DNA of 64,000 bases from an uncultured delta proteobacterium. Its GTDB lineage: Bacteria; Desulfobacterota; Desulfuromonadia; Desulfuromonadales; JACZKF01. Positions within the stretch are counted from its first letter, which is position 1, and each line of letters opens with the position of its first letter. The notes under the pieces are model-generated. The model ran no database searches and had not been told where the DNA came from. It worked only from the letters and a program-made list of their open reading frames with translations. The DNA is taken from positions 192,001-256,000 of the forward strand of contig CAWFKQ010000007.1 of the NCBI GenBank assembly GCA_963816395.1, written 5' to 3'. The position numbers were made by a program, and so were the translations under genes. This document shows, in pieces, positions 1 through 8,874 of this stretch.

Positions 1-233
1 ACGGGAGTAAGCATCGTTGCATTATAATTGGACGAAGCCCGCGCCGCCAGCCTGATGACCAGCACCGTTGAAGATTCAACCAGTAAGCGGCCAAGTTCGC
101 CGGCTGGCGGGGCGGCTGGCAACGGCCGTCCGGTTCAGCCTGACTCTCCAGCGGGAGGAAGGCATCGGTTGCGTTCCGCCAAGGTCTCTGCTAAAGTCCG
201 CGGCCAGATGTCATCTTTCTTAGGGGAAGGCCC

Positions 234-1349
234 ATGTTCCGGTTCGAACTGCTCGCCACCGATCGCACCACTGCCGCCCGCCGCGGCCGCCTGAGCACTC
301 CGCACGGGGTTATCGAGACCCCCATTTTCATGCCGGTGGGGACGCATGCGGCGCTGAAGGCGATGACCCCGGCGCAGGTGGCCGAAACCGGGGCACAGAT
401 TGTCCTTGCCAACACCTACCACCTGCACCTCAAACCGGGGGAAGGTCTGGTGGAGAAAGCGGGGGGGCTGCATGCTTTCATGAACTGGCCGAAACCGATT
501 CTCACCGACAGCGGCGGCTTTCAGGTATTTTCCCTGCCCAACAAGAAAATCACCGACGCAGGCGTTCATTTCCGCCATGAGGTGACCCGGGAAGAGATCT
601 TCCTCGGCCCCAAGGAGGCGACGCGTATTCAGAACGCCCTCGGGGCGGATATCATCATGGCTTTTGACGAGTGCATTCCCTACCCGGCCAGCCATGATTA
701 TGCAGCCAAATCGATCCGCAAGACGATTCTCTGGGCCGAGGAGTGCCGGAAACACCACGCCCGCTCCGACCAGGCACTGTTCGGCATCGTCCAGGGGAGT
801 GTCTACCCGGACCTGCGCCGGGAGTGCGCACGACAGCTCGGCGATCTCGACTTTCCCGGCTACGCGGTCGGCGGGGTGAGTGTCGGTGAGGGACTGGAGC
901 TGCTGAAGCAAGTCGTCGAATACACCGCCCCTTTCCTGCCAGACGACAAACCGCGCTATCTGATGGGAGTCGGTCTGCCCCAGGACATTCTGGAGAGCGT
1001 CGAGCGCGGCATGGACATGTTCGACTGCGTCATCCCGACCCGCTACGCCCGCAGCGCCACCCTCTTCACCCGCCGCGGCAAGATCCGCCTTACCCACCGG
1101 CGCTATCGGCGGGACTTCTATCCCGTCGATCCCTCCTGCGACTGCTACTGCTGCCGCAATTTTACCCGTGCCTACCTTCATCACCTGTACAGCGCCAACG
1201 AGATCCTCTCCGCCATTCTGGCGGCGACCCACAATGTTCGCTTCTACCTGAAAATGATGGAAGAGGTGCGGCAGGCAATAGAAACCGGTGACTTCGCGGC
1301 ATACAAGGCGGACTTCCTGGGTAATTACGGCCCCGGCGGCGAGGAGTGA
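234..1349 (+). CDS. tgt: Queuine tRNA-ribosyltransferase (tRNA-guanine transglycosylase)
   Basis: TPIFMPVGT, LTDSGGFQVFSL, DEC, GIVQG, RYLMGVG and DMFDCVIPTR motifs; CDCYCC..H zinc site. Confidence 0.97.
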   Translation: MFRFELLATDRTTAARRGRLSTPHGVIETPIFMPVGTHAALKAMTPAQVAETGAQIVLANTYHLHLKPGEGLVEKAGGLHAFMNWPKPILTDSGGFQVFSLPNKKITDAGVHFRHEVTREEIFLGPKEATRIQNALGADIIMAFDECIPYPASHDYAAKSIRKTILWAEECRKHHARSDQALFGIVQGSVYPDLRRECARQLGDLDFPGYAVGGVSVGEGLELLKQVVEYTAPFLPDDKPRYLMGVGLPQDILESVERGMDMFDCVIPTRYARSATLFTRRGKIRLTHRRYRRDFYPVDPSCDCYCCRNFTRAYLHHLYSANEILSAILAATHNVRFYLKMMEEVRQAIETGDFAAYKADFLGNYGPGGEE

Positions 1350-1367
1350 ACACGGCCGGACGAGGGA

Positions 1368-2153
1368 ATGGCCATGGAGGCGACGTTCGATCGCGACCTG
1401 GTAACGCGGCTGCAGAAGGCGCTGACCGCCGGTTCCGAGGATCTCCTCCGGATCCTGCACGACCCGGCGCCGGAAGTTCTGCGTTCCGCCTTGAAGAACC
1501 GGCAACTGAACGAGGAGCATCTGCTCGTCCTGCTCCGGCGGCGCGACCTTCCGGAAGACCTGCTCAAGGCCATCAGCCAGCGACCGGAAACTGAGCGCAG
1601 TCACCGCCTGCAGCTGGCCCTGGCCAGGAATCCCTGCACCCCCGGACCGATCGTCCTCTCCATCCTCCCTCGCCTCTTTCTCTTCGAGCTCCTCTCCCTC
1701 TGTCTGCTACCCGGCGGCAGTCCCGACCAGAAGTTGGCCGCCGAGCGCGAGATTCTCAAACGCCTGCCGACCACGCCGCTGGGAAACCGGATCACCCTGG
1801 CCAGGCGCGGCACCGCCACCCTGGTCGGGGAGATTCTTCGGGAAGGCGATCCACAGCTCGTCCCCATCTGCCTCGACAGCCCGCGCCTGTCTGAACTGGC
1901 CATCGTGCGATTTCTCAACGGCCCGAAAGCAATGGCCGAGACGATCTCCATGATCGCCCGCCATCCGAAATGGAAGGGACGGAGCAACCTTCGGCTGGCC
2001 GTGCTCAAAAGCCCCCGCACCCCGTCAATCTGGTTCACCCTTTTTCTGCCGCAGCTGCGGACCCTCGACCTCAACGTCCTCCTTGCCTCCCGGCGCCTTG
2101 CTCCCGGACACAAAAAATTGGTGGAGGAGGAGCTGCGGAAGCGCGGCGGATGA
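1368..2153 (+). CDS. Conserved hypothetical protein, Leu-rich helical-repeat-like
   Basis: 261-aa ORF directly after tgt with repeated LARNP/LKNR/ARHP-type helical motifs; function not recognised. Confidence 0.75.
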   Translation: MAMEATFDRDLVTRLQKALTAGSEDLLRILHDPAPEVLRSALKNRQLNEEHLLVLLRRRDLPEDLLKAISQRPETERSHRLQLALARNPCTPGPIVLSILPRLFLFELLSLCLLPGGSPDQKLAAEREILKRLPTTPLGNRITLARRGTATLVGEILREGDPQLVPICLDSPRLSELAIVRFLNGPKAMAETISMIARHPKWKGRSNLRLAVLKSPRTPSIWFTLFLPQLRTLDLNVLLASRRLAPGHKKLVEEELRKRGG

Positions 2154-2374
2154 TTTGGGCAGGAAAGACCGTCCGATTCGTCTCCTCCCCGTGGACTTAT
2201 TCGAACTTTCTCGCCCTTACGCAGGCAAAAGGCTGATCTTCGGGGTGCGCATGGCCCAGAGGTCAGGTATGATTTCTGCGGGAATAGTCAATCTTCATTT
2301 CCCAACAACTCCCCCTCTGGTACAGATTCGTAGCGATATCCTCTTTCCGACTTTCTCAACACTGGAGGCCTTCC

Positions 2375-3367
2375 ATGCCAAAAATCGTTCGCTTTCATGA
2401 AACGGGTGACGCCAACGTCCTCAAGCTCGAAGACCTGCCGCTGACCGAGCCCGGCGAAGGTGAGGTGCGCTTGAAGGTGGAGGCCATTGGCCTCAACCGC
2501 GCCGAGGTCATGTTCCGCCAGGGCCAGTATCTGCAAAGCCCGGAACCTCCATCACGGATCGGCTATGAAGCGGCCGGTATCGTCGATGCCGTAGGGCCCG
2601 GAGTCAGCGGCATCCGGATCGGCGATCGGGTCAGCACCATCCCCAGCTTTTCCATGGGCCGATATGGCGTCTACGGAGAAAGCGCCATCGTTCCGGCCTC
2701 TGCCGTGGCTCGCTACCCCGATAATCTCTCGCCCATCGAAGGGACGGCTATCTGGATGCAGTACCTCACCGCCTTCGGGGCCTTGGTGGAATACGGACGC
2801 ATAAAAAGGAGCGACACGGTTCTGATCACGGCGGCCAGCAGCAGCGTCGGCCTGGCCGCGATCCAGATCACCAGGGCCGCTGGAGCCTTGGCCCTCGCCA
2901 CCACCCGGGGTATGGACAAGAAGCCATTTCTCCTCGATGCCGGGGCGGAGCAGGTCATCGTCACCGACGAAGAAGACTTGGCGGAACGGGTCATGGCTAT
3001 AACCTCCGGCAACGGCGCCCGCGTCGCCTTCGATCCCGTTGCCGGGCCTCTCCTTGAGAAGCTCGCCGAAGCCGCCGCTCCCGGTGGAATCATCTTCGAG
3101 TACGGCGCGCTATCGCCGAAGCCCACAGCCTTTCCCCTGTTTACCGCGCTTGGGAAAGGCCTGACCGTGCGCGGCTATACCCTGTTCGAAATTGTCCGGG
3201 ACCCTGAGAAGCTCGCCCGCGGCAAACAGTATGTCTATGACGGCCTTAAATCAGGTGTCCTGAAGCCCCTCATCGACCGGACCTTCCCATTAGATGCCAT
3301 TGCTGACGCCCACCGGTACATGGAGTCCAACCGGCAGAAGGGCAAGATCGTGGTCACAGTCCCATAA
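2375..3367 (+). CDS. MDR-family NADPH:quinone oxidoreductase-like protein
   Basis: AIGLNRAE, GYEAAG, AASSSVGLAAIQ nucleotide-binding motif and GKIVV end; GGAGG RBS. Confidence 0.93.
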   Translation: MPKIVRFHETGDANVLKLEDLPLTEPGEGEVRLKVEAIGLNRAEVMFRQGQYLQSPEPPSRIGYEAAGIVDAVGPGVSGIRIGDRVSTIPSFSMGRYGVYGESAIVPASAVARYPDNLSPIEGTAIWMQYLTAFGALVEYGRIKRSDTVLITAASSSVGLAAIQITRAAGALALATTRGMDKKPFLLDAGAEQVIVTDEEDLAERVMAITSGNGARVAFDPVAGPLLEKLAEAAAPGGIIFEYGALSPKPTAFPLFTALGKGLTVRGYTLFEIVRDPEKLARGKQYVYDGLKSGVLKPLIDRTFPLDAIADAHRYMESNRQKGKIVVTVP

Positions 3368-3385
3368 CTGATGTTCTCAGACGCG

Positions 3386-3417
3386 AAAAGCCCCCGGCCG
3401 CCAACCGGGGGTTTTTT
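3386..3417 (+). terminator. Rho-independent terminator
   Basis: AAAAG-CCCCCGG-loop-CCGGGGG-TTTTTT after the MDR stop. Confidence 0.85.
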
Positions 3418-3512
3418 CTTAATGGCCAGGGATTAGAGAAAGAATAGTGCCACGATAGATAACCAAAAGGAGCCCCCTTTTCCATTTACAATTTCGTGAC
3501 CCTGCAACCCTC

Positions 3513-3541
3513 TTGACAATCGGCCATAAATTGCGGACAAT
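3513..3541 (+). promoter_or_regulatory. Putative sigma70 promoter of the TA operon
   Basis: TTGACA-17 nt-GACAAT upstream of the GGAGG RBS. Confidence 0.55.
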
Positions 3542-3564
3542 TTACCAAAAGAGGGAGGTGCTTT

Positions 3565-3966
3565 ATGCAGGCATTGGCAGAGCTATTGGAACATCAACCC
3601 ACCCTCGAAAGCCTGGACCTGATGGCCCGGCAAGGTGTGCCACGCAGGTTTGTTGACGAACTGGCAGGAGTTTTCGGCCTTCAAATCTATGACCTTGCGC
3701 CGCAGCTCCATGTCTCCGACCGCACCTTGCGGCGGTACAGTCCCGACCAGCTACTTCCTCCCGAAGCCTCGGAGCGCGCATTACAGATCGCCAGGGTACT
3801 CGAGCGTGCGATTGAGGTGCTGGGAACTCGTGAGAATGCCGTCGGGTGGCTGACTGATATGAACGGCGCTCTTGAAGCCGTGCCGCTGGAACTCTTGTGC
3901 ACGACCTTCGGCGCTGAGAGGGTGTTGCAGATCCTTGGGCGCATCGAGGACACGGTCTATTCGTGA
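3565..3966 (+). CDS. Xre/MbcA/ParS-type antitoxin (HTH plus toxin-binding C-terminal domain)
   Basis: SDRTLRRY HTH, SER..RV...A.EVLG, WL...N.AL...PLELL.T.FG...V..ILGRIE..VYS; overlaps the RES gene start. Confidence 0.9.
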   Translation: MQALAELLEHQPTLESLDLMARQGVPRRFVDELAGVFGLQIYDLAPQLHVSDRTLRRYSPDQLLPPEASERALQIARVLERAIEVLGTRENAVGWLTDMNGALEAVPLELLCTTFGAERVLQILGRIEDTVYS

Positions 3967-4421
3967 TTCTCTACCGGGTAACACAGGCTGAGTTTGCAGA
4001 GAATCTTTCCGGCGGAGGCGCACGACGCAACGGCGGGCGCTGGAATCCTATTGGAGTGCCGGCGCTATATACCTCAAATTCCACCGCTCTTTGCCTGTTG
4101 GAGATCTTGGTCAACGTAAAGCCTGCCTACTTGCCAGCCTTTAACCGGGTCGTCATCGAGGTACCTGACGAGTTGGTCCAACCGGGAGACCCGGTCTTCT
4201 TTCCGGAACCTCGTCAGTCCAGAGAGTACGGCCTTCACTGGATGCGTGAGGAACTGTGGGTTGGGATGAAAGTCGCTTCGTCGGTCCTCGTCTCCAGTCC
4301 GGACGCTTTCAACATAATACTGAATCCAACACATTCCGGATTCGGCAAGGTTCGGATTCTCGATAATTCACCACTACATATCGATCCAAGACTACTCGGG
4401 AAAAAGGGTGGAAGTGACTGA
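3963..4421 (+). CDS. RES-domain toxin (NAD+ phosphorylase family)
   Basis: LSGGGA..GGRWN..G...LYTS...AL.LLE and NIILNP.H motifs. Confidence 0.92.
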   Translation: MILYRVTQAEFAENLSGGGARRNGGRWNPIGVPALYTSNSTALCLLEILVNVKPAYLPAFNRVVIEVPDELVQPGDPVFFPEPRQSREYGLHWMREELWVGMKVASSVLVSSPDAFNIILNPTHSGFGKVRILDNSPLHIDPRLLGKKGGSD

Positions 4422-4464
4422 TAGCGTGGATGTTTAAAATACTCCGAGAATTTTTCGTGGGCTC

Positions 4465-4680
4465 TTGACGATCACTGTGATCGTTCACGATAAGACCCCT
4501 CTCCCCATTCGGGAGATCGTTGAACTCTTCGCTGAAGCATGCCCTCACCGGTCATACCGGTTCACCGATGAATTCGGGCACATGGCCCCGGTTACCCATA
4601 CGGATGTCGTCAACCTGATGGTATGCGAGTTCCTTGACTCGGATACCGCTTTTCGCGCCGAGGTGCAGGGGGCAAGCTGA
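4465..4680 (+). CDS. Small hypothetical protein
   Basis: 71-aa ORF with TTG start filling the gap; stop lies 3 nt before the EamA start; no motif. Confidence 0.35.
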   Translation: MTITVIVHDKTPLPIREIVELFAEACPHRSYRFTDEFGHMAPVTHTDVVNLMVCEFLDSDTAFRAEVQGAS

Positions 4681-4683
4681 ATA

Positions 4684-5652
4684 ATGTCTGAACGAAAACA
4701 ACTTGACGGCTATGCGACAGGGATGATGCTGCTGCTCTGCACCATTTGGGGTTTACACCAGGTGGCGATCAAGGCGGCGGCCCCCGACATCGCGCCGATC
4801 ATGCAGATAGCGCTCCGCTCCGGCCTGAGCGCTCTGCTGGTCGGCATCGTCATAGGCTGCAGCCGTGAACGGTTTTTCCGCTCGGATGGCACCTTGCTGC
4901 CGGGGATCATCATCGGCGTTCTGTTTTCCATCGAATTTATTTTCGTGGCGGAGGGGCTACGTTTTACCACGGCATCACATATGTCGGTATTTCTCTATAC
5001 CGCCCCCATCTTTACCGCCCTGGGGCTGCAATGGTTCCTTCCCGCCGAGCGGCTTCGCCCGCAACAGTGGACGGGCATCGCCATCGCCTTCGCCGGCATT
5101 ACGCTCGCCTTCACCGGCGGCTCCATCGGCACGGGACTCAGTCTGGAGATTCTGTGGGGGGATGTCCTGGGGATTCTGGCGGGGGCCGGATGGGGAGCCA
5201 CGACCGTGATCATTCGTTGCACCAAATTATCCGAAGCGCCCCCAGCCAAAACGCTCGTCTATCAGCTCGTCGCCGCATTCGTTCTGCTGCTGGTTTACGC
5301 CGCCGTTTCCGGCCAGGCCGGCAAGGTGTCAATGACCGGTATCGCCTGGGCCAGCGTGCTGTTTCAGGGGATCGTCGTTACCTTCGCCAGCTACCTCGCC
5401 TGGTTCGCCCTGCTGCGGCGGTACCTCGCCTCGCGGCTTTCCGTCTTCTCCTTCCTTTCTCCCCTGTTCGGGGTCGCCTTCGGCGTGCTCCTATTGCATG
5501 AGCCGATCGATGCCTACTTCGCCATCGGAGCCCTGCTTGTGCTCGCCGGCATCACCCTGGTGAGCAGGCCCCATAAATCCCGTCGCTCTTCTGATCAGAT
5601 CATGGGAAGTTCCTGCTATACGACGTCGGAAAAGGCGGCGGACGAAATCTGA
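4684..5652 (+). CDS. DMT/EamA-family transporter
   Basis: About 10 hydrophobic segments in two EamA repeats (LYTAPIF; FSFLSPLFGV). Confidence 0.93.
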   Translation: MSERKQLDGYATGMMLLLCTIWGLHQVAIKAAAPDIAPIMQIALRSGLSALLVGIVIGCSRERFFRSDGTLLPGIIIGVLFSIEFIFVAEGLRFTTASHMSVFLYTAPIFTALGLQWFLPAERLRPQQWTGIAIAFAGITLAFTGGSIGTGLSLEILWGDVLGILAGAGWGATTVIIRCTKLSEAPPAKTLVYQLVAAFVLLLVYAAVSGQAGKVSMTGIAWASVLFQGIVVTFASYLAWFALLRRYLASRLSVFSFLSPLFGVAFGVLLLHEPIDAYFAIGALLVLAGITLVSRPHKSRRSSDQIMGSSCYTTSEKAADEI

Positions 5653-5864
5653 CCGACAACCTCCGACCGGAAAGCGATACAAGGGGTGAGTTTTTGACTC
5701 TTGTCACCACCCGATAATGAAAGAAAGTAGCGTCGCAGATTTTCGATGCCATTCAAAGGATTACACGAATTTTGTGAAGAGCTTGCCCGCGGCGGTCGCC
5801 TCTCCCAATACACCCGTTGGCGACTCCCGCAGAGGTGACCTCCGAAGCCTTTGGGACTCTTTAG

Positions 5865-5904
5865 TACGACAGGGCCCCTCCGGCTTTGACGGGGGGCCTG
5901 TCGT
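5865..5904. terminator. Stem-loop between convergent EamA and LysR genes
   Basis: ACGACAGG..CCC / GGG..CCTGTCGT inverted repeat. Confidence 0.55.
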
Positions 5905-5947
5905 TACCAGTCAAGGGTTGTCTGAAGAACCACCCGGAATCGGATTA

Positions 5948-6841
5948 TTAGTTCAAGGTAGCTCTTAAGTTAGCAACGATAAGGTCAATAAAAGTTCTTA
6001 CTTTGGCGGATGCATACTGCCCCTCCCGGTGGAGTACGTGAATAGGCAACGGCGGCGGCTCATATTCTGTCAGTATGGTTTTTAGTTGCCCTGTACTCAA
6101 GTAGGGAGCAACTTGGTAGGACATCACCCGGGTTATTCCGAATCCTTTAGAAACGGCCACAAGTGCGGCCTCAATAGTAGAAACGCTAAAGCGCGGTTTA
6201 ACGCGTATGGTAGTCGTTGCCATGCCCCGGCGGAACTTCCAGTCTATTGTCGGCGTCACTGATGTTGCTGCCACGATCAAATGCTGAGCCAATTCAGCTG
6301 GGATTCGGGGTTCAGGGGTATTCGCCAGATATTCAGGTGATGCGCAAACCACTTTGCGCACCTGACCAACACGAATGGCTTTCATGCTTGAATCTGGCAA
6401 CTCGCCTATGCGAATGGCGACGTCCAGCCCTTCTTCCAGCAGATTCACGACCCGGTCAAGTAACAACGCTGACACTTCCATCTCTGGATACCGCTGCAAG
6501 TATTCAACGATTGTCGGCGTCACAAACATCTTGCCGAACTGCACTGGTGCGGTTATGGCCAACCGGCCGCGTGGTTCGGCATTGAGCCCGGCTGTCACCT
6601 CCTCCGCTTCGCCTATTTCACTAATTATACGGCGCACAAAGTCCAGGTAGATTTGGCCAGCTTCAGTTACGCGCACAGAACGCGTTGACCTGTTCAGCAA
6701 CTTCACATTCAGCCGCGCTTCCAGTGCAGCAATTGCGCGGGTAACTGATGCCGGCGACATGCCGAGCCTGCGTGCGGAACCGCTAAAGCTCTCTGCCTCT
6801 GCCACGGCTACGAACGCCGCCATAAGATGTAGACGGTCCAT
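5948..6841 (-). CDS. LysR-family transcriptional regulator (CrgA/DmlR-like)
   Basis: N-terminal HTH (SFSGSARRLGMSPASVTRAI..LE...LLNRSTR) and VNLLEEGLDVAIRIG. Confidence 0.95.
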   Translation of the reverse strand: MDRLHLMAAFVAVAEAESFSGSARRLGMSPASVTRAIAALEARLNVKLLNRSTRSVRVTEAGQIYLDFVRRIISEIGEAEEVTAGLNAEPRGRLAITAPVQFGKMFVTPTIVEYLQRYPEMEVSALLLDRVVNLLEEGLDVAIRIGELPDSSMKAIRVGQVRKVVCASPEYLANTPEPRIPAELAQHLIVAATSVTPTIDWKFRRGMATTTIRVKPRFSVSTIEAALVAVSKGFGITRVMSYQVAPYLSTGQLKTILTEYEPPPLPIHVLHREGQYASAKVRTFIDLIVANLRATLN

Positions 6842-6982
6842 TAATTATTCCTTTCGACGCAATAGAATTTTGCGCTAAAGGAGTATTCTGGTTCTCTTTG
6901 CACCCAAGTATAATTCGACTATGCGCAGAGGCAATCATGAAGCGCATGAGCAATCTGAAACCTAACAATGTGGAGAATTCTC

Positions 6983-7177
6983 ATGGCAAAGATCGTTATT
7001 CCTACTGAAGAACAAGCCCCAGCGGCTGCCAGGCCTTTGAAAAACATTACAAAAATCGGATCATTCCTGGCGGCCGTTATTCTGGCCACCTCCGTGGTCG
7101 GCTGTGCCGCATCGCAGGGGGAAATGGCGCTGACGAACGGTTATGATTTCCAGCAGCCCAACGATGGCGGCGGCTAA
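6983..7177 (+). CDS. Small ORF, possibly a chimeric remnant (AhpD/CMD-like N-terminus plus lipoprotein-like signal)
   Basis: GGAGA RBS; MAKIVIPTEEQAPAAARPL followed by KNITKIGSFLAAVILATSVVGC; terminator follows. Confidence 0.4.
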   Translation: MAKIVIPTEEQAPAAARPLKNITKIGSFLAAVILATSVVGCAASQGEMALTNGYDFQQPNDGGG

Positions 7178-7210
7178 CTTTCTCCGCTAGCTTCTCCTCA
7201 GAAAACCAGA

Positions 7211-7244
7211 GAAAGAGGATGGCAGAAACGCCGTCCTCTTTTTC
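7211..7244 (+). terminator. Rho-independent terminator
   Basis: AAAGAGGATGGC-loop-GCCGTCCTCTTTTT. Confidence 0.8.
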
Positions 7245-7579
7245 TGTATGCTTGGGAAATTAGTCCGTCCGCTCGAACCAGGGTTTGGGTTGAACAATTG
7301 ATTGAGACGACCTTTCAGGTCGTGTCAATCCTTATGGGTTGGTTGAGAAGGATCAATCATGCAAAAGGTTGGACCCGAAATAGACCCAAAGGGTAAAAAA
7401 AATTCATACCGCTTAATACATCGGTATTATGTAAGTTTCATTGTTTATCTCTATTCCTTCCATATCTTGACTTTCACTAAATCTGTGCAAAGTTTGGAGG
7501 CACTCTCCCCAAGAAACGGCTTCGACGACTCGGTCGTATCGCCTTCGGTATTAAGCCAGGTGCCCAGGAAAGGAGATCG

Positions 7580-8479
7580 ATGATGAAAACGGAAATGGAG
7601 CGGCGGGAATTTTTGAAGCTGGTCGGGATTGGCGGCATCGCGTTCGTCTCCGGAGTGGGACCCCTTGCCCATGCGGCCGGCGAGAGAGGGGGAAAGCACG
7701 ATTTTGTTTTCCTCCAGCTCTCCGACACCCATTGGGGATTCAGCGACCCCAAGATCAATCCCGACTATGCGGGAACCTTGCGAAAGGCCGTCGCGCAGGT
7801 TAACGGCCTCTCCATCCAGCCCGATTTCATCATGTTCACCGGTGACCTGACCCACACTACCGATGACGACCAGGAACGGCGCAAGCGGCTTGCCGGATTC
7901 CGCGACATCATCGGCGGACTGAAGGTGAAGACTGTCCATTTCATGCCGGGCGAACACGACGCATCCCTCGACAACGGCGCGGCGTTCCAGGAGTTCTTTG
8001 GTGATACCCACTACACATTCGCCCATAAGGGGGTGAACTTCATCGTTCTCGATAACGTGTCCGATCCGAGGGCGACCATCGGCGATGTTCAGCTGCAATG
8101 GCTTGCTGGAGAGTTGCAGAAGCTCGACAAGAGCGCCCCGATCGTGGTCTTCACCCATCGTCCGCTGTTCGATCTGGCCCCCTCATGGGACTGGGCGACC
8201 CGAGACGGGGCCAAGGCCATCGACCTCCTCGCACCCTACGAAAATGTGGCGGTCTTTTACGGCCACATCCACCAGGAGAATTACCATACGACCGGCCATA
8301 TCCCTCACCATGCGGCCCATGGGTTGATGTATCCCCTGCCCGCTCCCCTTTCCCAACCGAAGAAGGCGCCGGTGCCGTGGGACCCTGCCTTTCCCTACAA
8401 GAATCTCGGTTTCCGCGGGGTCGAGGCAAAAGGGAAAGAGCCTTACGCCATCACCGAATACCCCATAAAGAAAGGATAA
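7580..8479 (+). CDS. Tat-exported calcineurin-like metallophosphoesterase
   Basis: ERREFLK twin-arginine signal; SDTH, TGDL, PGEHD and GHIH metal motifs. Confidence 0.92.
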   Translation: MMKTEMERREFLKLVGIGGIAFVSGVGPLAHAAGERGGKHDFVFLQLSDTHWGFSDPKINPDYAGTLRKAVAQVNGLSIQPDFIMFTGDLTHTTDDDQERRKRLAGFRDIIGGLKVKTVHFMPGEHDASLDNGAAFQEFFGDTHYTFAHKGVNFIVLDNVSDPRATIGDVQLQWLAGELQKLDKSAPIVVFTHRPLFDLAPSWDWATRDGAKAIDLLAPYENVAVFYGHIHQENYHTTGHIPHHAAHGLMYPLPAPLSQPKKAPVPWDPAFPYKNLGFRGVEAKGKEPYAITEYPIKKG

Positions 8480-8483
8480 CCAT

Positions 8484-8855
8484 ATGAAGAGGTCGAAACT
8501 GCTCGTCGTCGCCGTCTCTCTTCTTGTCGTCGCCCTGGTCGCCGGTGCCGCCAACGTCCGGGCTCAGTCGGAGGAGGCCGGCCAGGTGATAAAAATCACC
8601 GCCAAGCGGTATGAATACAACCCGAACGAGATTACCGTGAAAAAAGGAGTCCCGGTGACGCTGGAATTTACATCCCTGGACCGTCTGCACGGCTTTAACT
8701 GCCCGGACCTCGGGATCCGCACCGACATCACCCCCGGGAAAGCTTCGCGAGTTCACTTTGTACCGCAGAAGACCGGCACATTCGATTTCCACTGTGACAT
8801 CTTCTGCGGCGAAGGGCATGAAAACATGACGGGGAAGATCATCGTCACGGAATGA
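8484..8855 (+). CDS. Exported cupredoxin with CuA-type site (CoxB C-terminal-like)
   Basis: Signal peptide; SLDRLHGF and CDIFCGEGHENM (H..CxxxCxxxHxxM). Confidence 0.9.
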   Translation: MKRSKLLVVAVSLLVVALVAGAANVRAQSEEAGQVIKITAKRYEYNPNEITVKKGVPVTLEFTSLDRLHGFNCPDLGIRTDITPGKASRVHFVPQKTGTFDFHCDIFCGEGHENMTGKIIVTE

Positions 8856-8874
8856 TGTGTCCCTAGGGGTTGCC

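Noticed and set aside
1..233. 88-aa ORF at 28-294
   Set aside because: It has no motif, overlaps tgt out of frame and looks like leader DNA (TATAAT at 23-28).
7408..7440. dif site (TTATGTAAGTT resembles an XerD arm)
   Set aside because: There is no XerC-type arm at 6-bp spacing.
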